Below the pieces are notes generated by a model. The model was given only the letters and a program-made list of their open reading frames with translations, was not told the DNA's origin and ran no database searches. A stretch of 64,000 bases of DNA from Adineta vaga (taxonomy: Eukaryota > Animalia > Rotifera): positions 17,794,001 to 17,858,000 of the forward strand of contig CP075493.1 of assembly GCA_021613535.1 (NCBI GenBank), written 5' to 3'. Below are positions 25,967 through 39,507 of the stretch, piece by piece (position 1 is the stretch's first letter; every line of letters starts with the position of its first letter). Both the position numbers and the translations under genes were made by a program.

Positions 25967-27390
25967 CTAATTATTAACAATAGTTTTATTAAACTTTGTT
26001 CTTATTCGACTGCATTTCTTATTCAGTATTTCTTTGTATTGATTACTTGTACGAAATTTAGTGTATCTTGCTCCATATAAATCAAATAAATGTTTATCGA
26101 TAGCACCTACTCGTACTGGATCAAATGATTTCGTACCACGAACACAGCCATCTACTGATGACAATTTTAATTCTTCTTCCTTAAATAATGTTGAGTAAAG
26201 AAAAGCTATAAGATGACGGAATCCCGTTTCTTTATCTAACAATTCTTTATTTGTTGCTACTTGATGTCTATCATGTTTATCCTTCATAACCTGAAATGTT
26301 GTTTGTGTAATTGGATCAGTGAGAATTATTTGAGGTTCCTAAAACAGAACATTTCACATAGAAATTGAGAATTCTGATGAATAACTGTTTATAGTCTATA
26401 TTTACCTTGGATGTTGTAGTTGAGTGTAATAAATTCTTAGATACAGTCGTTGAAATTTGATTATCAGTTTTCTGTCTTTTTGTTGAATGATTCTAAAGAA
26501 CATCAGAATTTCCTGTATTAGTAGTATTTAAAAAGAAACATTTAACCTACCACATCAAATGGTGTTGATGGAATTGAACCATCATCATCTAAATTAAGAT
26601 CAGATGGCAAATTCGATGTGAAAGTTGGAGATGAACCAAAATCATAATGTGAGTGTGGTACTTCATTTCCAGATGTTGTTAATGGTGCTGATGGTAATGC
26701 AGTTGGTGTTTTTGGTTGTAGTTGTAATAATGTAAAAATAGACTCATCTAGTTCTGTAGTTTGTATTGTGTCTGGATCAATATGAATGGAACTAACCTAA
26801 AAGGTAATTATATTAAAAACAAACCTTAAAAGATTGATTAACAAAGGTAGAATGTCAAAAATTCCTGAATTTTTCTCTGGATAAACACTTGAAAACTTAA
26901 TTATTCGGAATCAATATGTTCGATTATATTTTTGATCAATATATCTTGCGGAAATTTAAAGTTTCTTAATATTTCTTTCTCCCTCCCTGATTTACAAAGT
27001 TTGTTTACTTACAATTTGTCCTTTGATTTGATTTGATGCATGTTCAATTGCACTTTCAAAGGATAAAGCTCTTTCTTCAATTAATTCTAAAATTTTTGAA
27101 CAGCAGTTTTCTGTATTAATGCTATTGACTAATTTATCAGCATTGTCCTTCTCTAATTTACATAATGTTATATCAATTGTTGTATGTTTATTTACTAATA
27201 TATCAACAGTTTGCTTGAGACTGCTAACTGAAGTTTCTATTTTATCAAATTTGGTTAACAATAAATCCAGTTTTTCATTTATCATTGACAACATTGTTGT
27301 TTTATTACTATTTTCTTCTTCAGACTCGGATTCATCACTACATTTAACAATTTCTGTACATTCTTCATGTGCGTTGTTAGCTTCGGACAT
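25967..27390 (-). CDS. Multi-exon coiled-coil + BEN-domain-like protein (Zator accessory gene)
   Basis: MSEANNAHEE..., heptads LDLLLTKFDKIETSVSSLKQTVDIL, a Pro/Thr linker exon, and a last exon HLIAFLYSTLFKEEELKLSSVDG...FDPVRVGAIDKHL...ILNKKCSRIR resembling the BEN consensus. Internal exon boundaries are approximate. Confidence 0.6.
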
Positions 27391-27935
27391 TATTAATGTG
27401 AAATAAATAATCACAAAACGTATGATGGTTATGACTTTTTTCAAATGAACATAGATTATATTACTTTTCCTTCCAAAAAAAGTCTCTTTTGAAATTAAGA
27501 TAAGCTTATTACTTTCATTCTTTTGATCGTCATATTTTATTTTCATGTAATGAGCAATAATTAGTAACACATATGTTTCTTTTTTTGTTACATTTTCCCC
27601 TGATTGACTTAAGTTGTATATACGTATACAACAATTGATCGTTTTCGTGTTCTATCATTAATAGAATAATTAGAGAACACTTCAGAATTTATGCCGGCCG
27701 TTCAGCCGCTCTGCCGTTCAGCCGCGACATGAAAAACGTATTTTATGTCATTTTGCCGCGGCTGAACGGCAGAGCGGCCGGCATAAATTTTAAAATGCAT
27801 TTTGTTTTATTCCACCAGTTCTCATAAAGTACACTGTAACCACATAGTCAATTTCACTCAAGGTATTTCTTATCTACTAAATTTATTTATAACATATTTC
27901 ATCAATTTTTCTAATACTTTTAAAAGGTTTTTATA

Positions 27936-30015
27936 ATGCCATGCTACACATGGCTGATGTTTGATACAAAAGAGAAATCTGAAGAAAAAATGAAACAAAT
28001 GTCGTTATCACGTTTTTCACATAATAAACGTGGAAGAAAATCTTACCACGAATTATATCCAGAAATAATTACTGAATTAAAAGATTTGTTAAATACACAT
28101 AGTGGTTCTGCACAAGATAGACGTCGTGATGACGCTGTACGTTTTAATGGTCTATCTATCGTTGATTGTAATAAGCATATTAAAAAGCGATTACTGAAAA
28201 AATATTCAAAAATTAGTAAAATGTCAAATGCTACTGTTCGTCGTTATTTTTTACCACCAAAATATAATATTAAAAGTAGTAAATTTTACAAAAGTCGTAT
28301 CTTAGCAAAAATACCACAAAAACGTAATTCAAAGTCAATAAAAGAACATGATGATTTTCATTTTACATGTGCACAAGTTAATTATGTTGAAGAATTGTCG
28401 AGCTTATATAGTGACGAAATATTAGCATTATCTTGTGATAATAAGGCAAAAATACCGTTAGGTAAGTACATTTAAAAAAGAATGATCTTCATTGAGTCTC
28501 TTCCCTTCTAAATTTTCTCGGACATGACTTCTTACTACTTATCACTTTCACTCACAATATTATCATGACATCAAGAGAATAAACAGAAAAATTCGAAAAG
28601 ATCTAGCAACATTGAATATACCAACACCTTTCGTAAAAGAAAAGTTAAACCTCAAAATATATCTTTTTAGGTGCACCAGCTGTGAGTCGTTATGTACGAA
28701 GTCGAAAATTTCATCTTGTTGAAAATCAACCGAATTTACCTGATCACGATTTTCCGAAATATGGTATTAGAATTAATCCATGTGCATATGTTATGCTATC
28801 GAATGAACGAAAACGTTCATCCAGTATTGATAGTTATCGATCCTATGAATTAAAGATTGAAAAAAGATCAAGATCGTGTGATGCTCGACTATTTCCAGAC
28901 ATAAATGAAGATTTTATTTTGGTGAGTCAACTATTTCGTTCATTTGAAAGTCAAAATGTAACAATATTGAATTATTTTGCTTTTTCTTCGTTTAGACATC
29001 TGATAAAAGAAATTTTGAACATGTTAAATGGAGTCGAACAGGACAATTATTTATTCGTCCATTTGGTTCTGGTAATACTCACACAACAAAGGCAACAAGT
29101 GAAGTTCATATAAATAATTTACATCAAATAATAACAGAAAAAAATATGCTAATAAAAAAAAATGTTATTACTATTATATCCGATAACGGACCAGATTGGA
29201 GTACTGATTGTATGGCAAATATATATAACTTGGGAAAATTGTGGGAGGAACTTAAGCTGGATGCATTAATCTGTGTTAGTTATGCTCCAGGACACAGTCG
29301 TTTTAATCCGATTGAACGTATGTTCTCGAGATTAACTGATTTACTTCAAGGTGTTATTATTGATTTAGATCCATCATTTAAAGATGAATCACAACAGATG
29401 GATATGGCATTAATTGATTTATCAAAGTATTGGAATAATAAAAGTTATTGTAATTATAAAATTGATTGTCGTCCAATGTTTTCCGTCAATGGAAATATAT
29501 TTGATGGACATGAAAAATTAAAAAATTTATTAATGAACAAATCACAAGCACAAATACAGCAAAATTCAAATATTGAATTTTGTTTAAAATTTTATCTTCG
29601 TCATTGTGTTCGTTCAACATATTATACATCCTTTATAAAATGCGATGATAAATATTGTATACATTGTTCTCGTTATCCAATTCGTGCTTCAAAAACATTG
29701 TCTTTACTACGTGCTGGTGGTGGCTATATTCCTTGGCCAACAATGACATACAGTAATAAATATTATGATACATTTTTACAAAGAGCATGTTCAATATTGT
29801 GTGGTGAAAAAAATCGTTATCCAGATGAACATTTATTATCGGGCTCAAAGATCAAATGTCAAAAATGTACATTACCATACGTATTCTTATCAAAAGCAGA
29901 TGAAGAAAGACATAATGCATGGATACATGGAACACAATCGAAGCGCAAAAGATCGTCAACTCAAGTCAATAAAACCATCAAACTAAAAAAACGTTCTCTT
30001 TCACCTGAATATTAA
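27936..30015 (+). CDS. Zator-type DDE transposase, 3 exons (27936-28461, 28671-28921, 28996-30015), apparently intact
   Basis: SCDNKAKIPLG, PDHDF, ISDNGPDW and YAPGHSRFNPIERMFS parallel the ISAzo13/TP36 motifs (SVDTKKK, HDF, ADGG, PPGTSKWNKIEH). C-terminal C2H2 (CQKC...H...H). GT-AG introns keep the frame. Confidence 0.8.
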
Positions 30016-33000
30016 TTAAAATATTCACAATAACATTTCTTTATTGTAAATACATTGATTAGTTAGATTGAAAAAATTTCAATAAATTGAACTTATTACC
30101 TATACACAGAAGTCCATATATAACAATAAAAAATTCAGTGTTCTGAGAGAAAAAAGATAGTGTAGAGTTACAGATTTTTGAATAGGGAAAGAAAAAATAT
30201 ACCTCATGTATAAGTGGAAGTCGATTAGACAACCTAGTTGAGTTTGGAATGGGTATAGGTACAGAAAATTATTTGCAATTTTTCATTGTAAAGAAAAACA
30301 ATCAACTTCAAGAAAATATCGTTGTCAATAAAAAACTAAAATAATGAATATCTGGATACATATAACCAATTTAAGAAAAAAGAAGTTTAGATTAAAGATA
30401 AAACTCAAGAAAAAAAGATTCTTTTTTGGTTATTTAAGTTTCATTCATTATGAATATTGTTTGGTAAGCGGGACAAAGGCTGATAGATTTTTAAATAAAA
30501 GAAGGAAATGTTTTTTTTTCGGTTTCGATGAATATTTTTTTCTGATCGAGACATACGGGATACTGATTTTTTAGAATGAAAGAAAAAGATCTTTTTCTTT
30601 TTAATGTGAATAGATATTTTTCCCATCCCGGGGACAGGCGAATCATTGATTTTTGTCTGGCAAAGAAAAAATCTTTGTATTTCTATAAAATCCGATAGAT
30701 ACTTTTTCCATTACAGGGACATTGAACAGTTGATTGTTTTTTTTATAGAAAGTCGAAGTATTCAATTATTCTTTTATCTAAGATATATAGAGATTCTGTA
30801 CGATCTGTTAAGATAAAACAAGTAGAAAATTTGTTTTTCTGTTGCATTTATATCGAGCAGGGGATCGACAGTGTTGGTTGATTTTTCGTTTATTTTTTGC
30901 TTGATAAACATTAACAGATTTTAGAAACTCAGTAAAGTTCAATAGGAATTATTCGTATTATTGTAACTCACAATCTGATTAATTAACGCATAAATATATG
31001 GACAAGATCATTATAGTCATAGACAGACGCATTATAGATGAAATGATAGTATTGAATTATTAATGAATATTGTGTACAAACACATCAAAATATATTGGGA
31101 AACTGATTTAAACAAATTCCACTCTCGCTAGATCTGTAGGTCTAATTCGATGAGGTTTTCTAGGTTCTGCTACAGAACTACATGATAAGGGAGCATTTCA
31201 AGGTATTTGCCGGCCGAACGGCATAGCGGCTGAACGGCCTAGGAACGGCATAACGGCTGAACGAAAGAGCGGCTTAGCGGCAGAACGGTTTAGCGGCTGA
31301 ACGGCTTAGGAACGGCAAAACGGCATAGCGGCTGAACAGCAGAGCGGCTTGAAAACGGCAGGGCGGCACAGCGGCTGAACGGCAAAGCGACCGAGCGGCT
31401 AAACGGTTGAGCGGCCGGCCGACCGGCTTGAATTTTGAAATGCTCCCTTAGTACCTGTTCATAACCTTTAACCGGAATAAAGAAGCTTGATAATTGTTCT
31501 ATATTAAATTCAGGATTATGTAAAAAATGTATTCTCTTTCCACTACATGTTGTAATAGGTAACTGGAAGTTAGTGCATGTGATTGCCATGTCGCATGGTA
31601 AGCGTATCAATCCAGTTTCATTAACTGAAATTGTTTCAGTTGTACCATTTTGGTATGAAATTTTACAATAAATTGTATTTTCAATATTGTAAAAGAAGAA
31701 TATTCCATCATCTATTTGTAATAAATTTTGATCTATATCTTGCGATCGAGTAAGTGAACATTTAGTGTTAGAAATTAATTGATGATTGAATAATTCATGT
31801 AAACATGAATACTTTCTTAATATAAAGGATATTGGTTTTTTCTTACATATGACAATTCTTGAAAATGTACATTCATTATAATCAAACTCATCGTTCCACA
31901 ATACTAATTTATTATCAACTGTATTCATCCCAATTGCTTTTGGAAGATTTATATATGTATATTTTTCATAATTGAATATGAACGGTAAGGGAATCACTTG
32001 AAAAACGGAAAATTTTGTTATACTATCAGCTGGAATCTCTAAAAATAATGTGGACATTACTAGACACGGTTGAGTTGAAACTAAGTTGGTAGTACTCTTC
32101 AAACAATTTCTCATGACAAATACAGATTGTCCAATAATTAGTTCACTAAATTCATTTAATGACTTTTGAATATCATATATTGTGTTTGAGCTATCAATAG
32201 GTGATAATACTGCGGTTAAAAGTACATGTAAATCATCATTAGACAAATAATCAAAATCGATTTTGTTGTTAGTAATGTGTTGGAGAATTATTTCAGCTGG
32301 TACTGCACGAGCACGAGGAATATTGGTATGAATACTGAGACCATCGCTCTCTAGCGTTGAAGTTAATGTACTTTTATCCATTTGTTTTTGACAAAAGAAT
32401 TGTTTCTTAAAATAATGAAATATTGATTTATTATTTGGAAAACTTTTATCATGTTGATGCATAAGTATATGGTTTAAATCATCATTAATCAATTTCGAAA
32501 TATTATTCTTATGAAAAGATGATAATGTATGAACTGATTCACGAGATGACATGATCGTACCTATTTCCAATACATTTACATTCTTGTGTTCTAAGTCGTA
32601 TACACAAACATCTGAATTGGATGAAGCAATACAGAAATTATGTAGAGGTAAGAATGTGTGAACTATTTGCTTGACAAGATTTGGTGAATAATCGCCAAGA
32701 CGGCGAAGAACAAAGCCTTTGGTTGTATCAATTATAATATCACTTTCTAAAGAATCGAACACAGATACAAATGATTGAGTTCGAATGGCATTCATCATAA
32801 AATATATGACGAATAATATTCGAAAATAAATCATTTTGATTTAATGCAATAAAGTGTTATAAACAGCAACGAACGTTGTAAATTAGTGTAAAGAGTTTGT
32901 AATTATAAATGATATATGTATGATGAGGATATGAAAGAGCGAAAAGAACAATAGCGAGAATGGATATTTAGAACATTCATTCAAACATCGATATTTATAT

Positions 33001-33483
33001 CTAACCACAATCTCGCTTTATGTGTATTTAATGATCAACTTTCACATTATAGGTAAGCTATCTCTTTGATTATTTTTCTTATCAATAGCTCTTTTAAGAT
33101 ATACGAAGACAATACTAGCGATAATATATCTTAGATACACAGGTCAATATTATTTTACTTGTTATGGAATTCTTTCTCCTTTTATATCTATATGTCATTT
33201 GATTAGTAAATAACAATAAAATGTTTGATAGACAATTGTTATCATCATCATGTCGACATGAAATATTTATCCAATCGTTACACAATAAAACAACGACATA
33301 TTTAAAAATAGAACATTGCTCTTTATCTATATCTCATTTTTATAATATATGATATGATTCAAAGACCTAATATGGCACTGTAGTTAAAGACGTTTTTCTA
33401 TCAAGTTCACATTATATTATTTTATTTCATAAATAATATTTCACAAATAAGTATTGGATATGATTCTATAGAAAAAAAGATAT

Positions 33484-34093
33484 TTAAACCATTTCATCAC
33501 TATAAGATGATGCTTGATCACGTTGTTGAATAAATTCGTCAAGGACAATTTCCCTTTCTAGAATTAAAAGCATAAATACTATTTAATAAAATTGTTGTAT
33601 TACACTTACGACGGCGACATACGTTTCTTCTTCCATACTCCGATGGACTTTTTATTTTAAACCATGATTTCTGAAAAGTAAGTTACATTAATGATTTACT
33701 GTTTAAACAATAAATTCTTACTTTTACTCTGCAATTATTCTTATAACATTTTATTACAAAAATTACGAAAGAATATATTGCTGCTATAGCACATAAAATT
33801 GCACTAGCAATTGTTATTGTACTAGTAACATAATTTTCAATTTTTTCTTTAACTAATTCAGCTTGATGCACAATTGTATCGGTTTTATTTATGATTTTAG
33901 TTGAATAGATGATTGGTGTTGAGGTAGTTGAATATTTAATAAGATTTTTTTTAAAGTCAAGTAGTTTGAACAAATTATAATTCTAAAAAACAGAAATTAA
34001 TGAGCAAAATCAATCAAAGCGAGCACTACTCACTTGAGCACTTATACTTATACATGTATTTACAAGAAAGAATAAAATAAGCACACTTGGCAT
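33484..34093 (-). CDS. Small 4-exon type I membrane protein (MULE cargo)
   Basis: Signal peptide MPSVLILFFLVNTCISISAQ, ectodomain, TM ITIASAILCAIAAIYSFVIFVI, basic tail, ending ..SYSDEMV*. Three GT-AG introns join in frame. Confidence 0.7.
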
Positions 34094-35058
34094 GATAGTT
34101 ATGTCTGACATTAAAATAAGATACAGAATATATATATATTCTTATGTTCTTTTATGTTGAAATTAATTGAATTACAATTCTTGTTTTTTTAGCCATAGAA
34201 TTATAGGAAAAATCATCAAAGAAGCTAATTGATAAACAATATGTGTTACATTTATTTATTCCTTAATTGTAATATCGTTCACCGTATTTTGTTTTATATC
34301 TTTTTTGATACAGAAATACCTTTTATACGAAAAATAGAATGAAATGATGTGCGCGTTCGATCTTACAATTTTCACACTATTCATGTGTATATGAGATCAC
34401 ATAATTGAGAATTTTGTTCCAGGAAAAAGTTCGTTACACTTTAAATAATTCTAATTTTATAGTTGCTATTTATGTTTGAATACGATAATACGCTTCACTT
34501 TCTAGTAGATTATGTATGATAAATATTGTTTTAGAAATTTACTTCAAGAATTGAAATATCTATTAACTGTTATATTATGTATGTCAATGATTAATGAACA
34601 TATAGAATGTCAATTCTGGCTCATTTTTCATCTTGTTACGTCATTCGTTTCCAATGAATAAATATTTTTTATCAGGTTAAATGGGCTTATCTGAAAAAAA
34701 AAGGTAATTGATCAATCCAATAGTGTGAGTTGAATACATATATATTTTTCTTCAATAAGAACTTCTTATTCATAAATTAGTGAAATAAATGTTTTATATT
34801 AGAATTTGAGTTCAAATATAGTTGATTGACGATTGTGTTCAATATTTATAATACGTTTTCAGTTTGTTTTCTTTAAACGGAAATTCCTTTTTTTATTTCT
34901 TTCAAGAATGAATGATTCATTATTAGAACCAAAAAAAGTACAAATGTATTGACATATACATGTGTATGTATATATGATTTACAACTTTTCTCGCTAAATT
35001 CTATATACATTATAAGAACTAAGATTAATAAAAAGAAAAAGCAATGATCAACAAACAA

Positions 35059-38000
35059 CTAGCAGTTATCAAATGTATATATTTTTGTATATATTCCATA
35101 TACGATTTGACCTGTTGACGTTGTAACTGGTTTAACATTTTTTAAATCGTCATACAGATATAATTGGTCATCATTATCAATGACTGTAGCAGTGAAGTGT
35201 TCTATTGGTACACTTGTATGATGAATAACTGCACGTAATTTATATCTAGAAAGATAATTCATATAAAACTTCAAAAGAAAAAGTATTTTTAATAACTTAC
35301 TCTACAGGACCAATTTTTTATTTTATATTTCAAATTACGTAGTCGAGGTGTGTAGTCGGCAAATCCTTCATCACTTCTTTTCGATAAATGTCTGACATGA
35401 ACTACAATGATTGGTGGAAAAGCGTATGTAAATGTTGCTGGAGATGTATGTGTTATACTGTTACACTTCCAAACAATTCTATTTAGAAAAAATTCATTTA
35501 AAATGGGCACAGGAGAAGAAATGAAACTCATACTCGTATTCACTTGCTCCTGTATGTTCATCAATTTCTGCTTGTTCTGGACTTAATTCATCATGACGTG
35601 CCATTATTATGTCACATATATCGACACCACCTTCTTCAAAATCTCGAATGTAATTATCACCAGTACTATTACAAAAAATTTGATTATAGGAGGATTATAT
35701 AAATGAATTGATACTTACAAAATGATTAATTCTGTTGATGAGCTGCGACGATTCATTAACTTACATTGAGGTCGGGAACATTCAGTTTCATACGAATAAC
35801 GTTGTTCTTCTTTTATGAATTGGAATACTTGTGAATCAATGGAACCAAAAAGATTCTCCTTTTTAGCAAACTTGTCCAAAAGTCCGTTTGCATGTAACCA
35901 TGTAAGGCGAGCAACATCCCAACCTTCATTTTCGACTAATTGAAAAACTTTGAAAAGTGTTGCATATGCTGATCCTGCAGATGCGTTTTCAAAATCGGCA
36001 CCAAGATCAAAATCAGTTTTGTATATAAAGTAAAGAGCGAACAATGCTGAATCTGTTGCACACGTATTAGTAAGACTATAACAGCGATCTTTAAAAAAAT
36101 ACAAAAAAATAAATTACACCAAATGAGATATTGATTTTCTATCGCTTACTTTTGAAAAAAACTTTATTTATTCCAAATTGTGGCCAACGTATTGTCTCTC
36201 CATTAATCTTAATTGCAGGTTGATTTGCAGATGTAACACGTAATTTTATTTTTAATTGGTTAGTTGTTGAAATTTCTTCTAGATTAGAAGCAGTTTGTAT
36301 CTAAAACTGTGAGGTATTTATACATACTATTTTCAATCGGGCAGGTCGTGGTAGCAACTGAAGATACAACTTTCTTGTCAAAGTCACATTCAGATAAAAT
36401 TTCATTTGGTTCACCAAGATGCTCAAAATTTTCATTGTCGTCGCCGTCATCATCATCATTCTCTTCTTCCTCTCCTTCGACTTCTTCGACTTCTTCGTCT
36501 TCATCTTCATCTTCGTCTTCCTCTTCCTCTTCTCCTTCTTCTTCTTCTTCTTCTTCTCCTTCTTCTTCTTCTTCTTCTTCTCCTTCTTCTTCCATCTCAA
36601 TTCCTTTTTTCTTTTCTCTATCTTCTTCAACAGTACGACTATCCATTAATATTTTAACTTTACGAATTCGATTATTAGAAGAAGATGATGAAGATATTTT
36701 TCGATCACGTTCAGAGTATTTTCTACAACAGAAATTTTTTTCTTGTTAATTAAATTGTTTTTTCTTACTTCGAAAAATTATTATCACATGATGTATCCGA
36801 TGAAATCGATTGATTTAATGATGACGTTGCCATATCATCTTCCGATTCACTAGAAACAAATATGTATGCTAAGAATTGAAACTTGATAACATCTACCTGC
36901 TGTCTCGTTTAACACGAACAGATTGACCATTATTTGAATTTGGTTGAACACGTTTTGGTGCAAGTTTATCGATTGCTTGTGTATATAAACCTCGACGTTG
37001 TCCACCATTTCTTTTCCATTTTTCTGTTAAAACTTTAGTAGTTCCATCAGTAATGTTCATTGAATCACGTGATTTCTTTTTTCTTTGTTTTCTTCCTTTT
37101 GAACTTTGTGTTACTCCAAATTTATTTGCTTTAAATTGAGTTTGAATGCTTCGATAAATTTTTCTGATTGCATCACCTGGAGTATTATTACGTTTATTAC
37201 CATATATGCTTTTTTTCATTGTGCGAAAATAGCTTTCGATTGTAGCATTTGAATAGCGGATAGGAGTGTATATTGTTGGTACTTCTTGTTTTTTGTCAAT
37301 AGAATATCGTTCTTCAAAATTCCATAATAAGCCAGTCCACAGAGGTAAATATGCCCACCATCGATAAAATATACGAATAATTGTTGGTGAAAATAATGGA
37401 TTAACAACTTTACCATAGCTTGATTTTTTATTAGTAAGAACTGCAAGATTCGGATAAAGACGAAGTGCTTCTTTATTAAATGGTGATTGATGTATAATAG
37501 GAGTACTGGAACGAAAATATTCATCGACAATTTTTAATTCTTCATTTCGTTTCTTTGCTTGTTTCAATATTTTCTTCTTATCTGATAATATTTTCGCACT
37601 TTCTTCGTCAATATTAAGTATAAGAGAAAGCATTTGTTGAAATTTTTCGTGTGCATTCTTTTTATCTGGATCACCAAATATACTTATAACTGTACCAAGT
37701 GTTTCATATAACCGATTAATGTCATTATCACATAAAATAAATACAAAGATGTGTAATATACCACGACGAATTGTTTTATCTATACGTGTGGCATTCAAAC
37801 TTCGTGCTATGGCATGTATAACATGACAACAACAAAGATGAATAAATGATAATGATCGTAATTCTGCAGCATTATATTTTCCAGATATAACATTCCAACA
37901 TCGATTTAAATGAGCATTAATATTTTCTACATTGAATGCTTGTAGAATCGAATTCATAAGTGCAGCAGAAAAATCAATAATAAAAAAAGAAGGAAGAACC

Positions 38001-39507
38001 AATTTACGTCTAACTTTGATGATGTTATTTGCCAAATTTCCAAAAAAATAACTAATACTAGGAACTGTATGATCTGTAAGAATTGCGTGTGCAAGTGCAA
38101 TATTATCATTTGCATCAGGTCCATCTTTAAAAACCATAGTATACATGTATGCATCGTTTTGTTGTTGTAGTTTTTTTAAAATTCCACCGGTAGCATCTAT
38201 ATGAACAAAAGAATACTTTTGTTGTTTACAGTAGGTTATGTATCGTTCGATTTGTAATTGTGAAAATAGATGTGTACGAAATGGTATTTCGCCGACTACT
38301 TGAACATATCCTGCGAAAAGAATGAAAAACAAAATTTATGACATGATCGTTTAATATACAATTGACTTACCTGGAACTTTGTCGGATGTTACATCTGCTT
38401 GAAGATATGAAAAGGCGATAACTCGACATTCAGTATAGACATTTTCGTCGTATTTCATTTTCTTTCGATAATCAGCTGATGTTTTTTTTACTACTTCTAT
38501 TGTATTAACTTCTGCAAAATTACCACCAGCAAGTAATTTTTCGTCGGCGGCTTCAACACGTTCACGAAATACTGCTAAAGGTCCAATATTATTTGCTCGC
38601 TCACCTAGATTAGCATTTCATAAAAGATATAATTTATAAAAGAAAAATCCTTACCAACACGTAAGCGTTCTTCTCCACGTAGTTGCCCTGTCATTATTTC
38701 AGTTTCAGGTGTATGATTTTCTATGCCTGATATTTCCATAGAAAATAGTGCTGTTGTATAAACATCTGGTTTATTTTCCAGAGCAATTAAATATGATCTG
38801 GTACATACACTACTAGTGCATACAGCACGACACCAGAATTTTTTACTTACTTTTTTCCTTTGTCCTTTAGGTATCTGTGGTTTTCCAAATCTTACTTCAC
38901 ATACAGCTCCATGTAACATTATCTTTTCATTAAATATTTTAATCCAACCATCATTCATTTTTTTCTGTGAGTCGCTATAGGCAGCTTTCCATTCAACTGG
39001 ACTTAAAGCAAATGTTACCTTCTGGATTGGTGGATTTTCTTCACGGTTTTCGTCCTTTTCTTGTGCTTCATTAGCACGTGTATTTGGTCGATCAGGTATA
39101 GGTACTGATAGGTTAGAGACTAATTTTGATTTTTTCAAATTTGGTATTGATTCTTCTGTTTCATTCATACCATCATTATCTTCATTCTTCTTATGTTTAA
39201 TTATTTTTATCTTCTTTTCGACAAGTGCATGAACCTCATAACGATCTAAGTACCACACATTGTATAAAGAGTGACGTAACTTTTCTGTATGCTTAATGTT
39301 TAATTTTGCGATAACTTGAGCCCATAAAGAGGATTGAATATCATAATTAGTATTTATTCGCCATGACTCTTTTTCAAGTTGATTGACACGATCTCCAAGA
39401 GATGCAATAGCAGCGACTAATTGTTCAACAGTGATTAACGACCAGATATTTTTCGTTGTTACCTTAGAAGTGGTCGTATTTTCTGTTGTTTTCTTGGAAG
39501 TAGTCAT
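35059..39507 (-). CDS. Mutator-like (NOF-like) transposase fused to an acidic linker and a USP/C19-like cysteine-protease domain, multi-exon, apparently intact
   Basis: Zn-finger-like CTSSVC...ENH, D1 HIDATG, D2 IIDFSAAL, C-x-x-H motif LCCCHVIH, E in NATIESYF. Splicing keeps the frame through the poly-E exon to Cys box LTNTCATDS. His box YKLRAVIHH...EHFTA...LYDDLK lies in the last exon; splice sites at 35.3-35.7 kb are less certain. Confidence 0.8.

Larger units (their letters stand above)
24945..31447 (+). mobile_element. Zator-like DNA transposon (ISAzo13/TP36-related) with ~1 kb inverted arms
   Basis: Termini GGGAGCATTTCAAAATTC / GAATTTTGAAATGCTCCC and a 3-bp TSD TTA (24942-24944, 31448-31450). 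Arms at 24945-25905 and 30369-31447. Two divergent genes inside. Confidence 0.85.
24706..32834 (-). pseudogene. Env / baculovirus-F-like type I glycoprotein (540 aa when reconstituted), interrupted by a Zator-like insertion
   Basis: Joining 32834-31448 to 24941-24706 (removing the insert and one TTA) gives 1623 nt in one frame (..GYEQVL-MASYQ..). It has a signal peptide, an F-like Cys pattern (IP..FSVFQVIPLP...C..IVIC...SCL..LF...KC...YC...GLIRLPC), N-glycan sequons, a C-terminal TM (IAISIISILCLILLILFIYM) and a short tail. Confidence 0.75.

Noticed and set aside
31290-31447. C-terminus of the 514-aa ORF (REHFKIQAGRPAAQPFSR...)
   Set aside because: Read-through into the Zator terminal repeat. 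The real C-terminus is at 24706-24941.
36301-36749. Poly-K, poly-S, poly-L and poly-F ORFs
   Set aside because: Alternative frames and antisense shadows of the GAA-rich poly-Glu exon.
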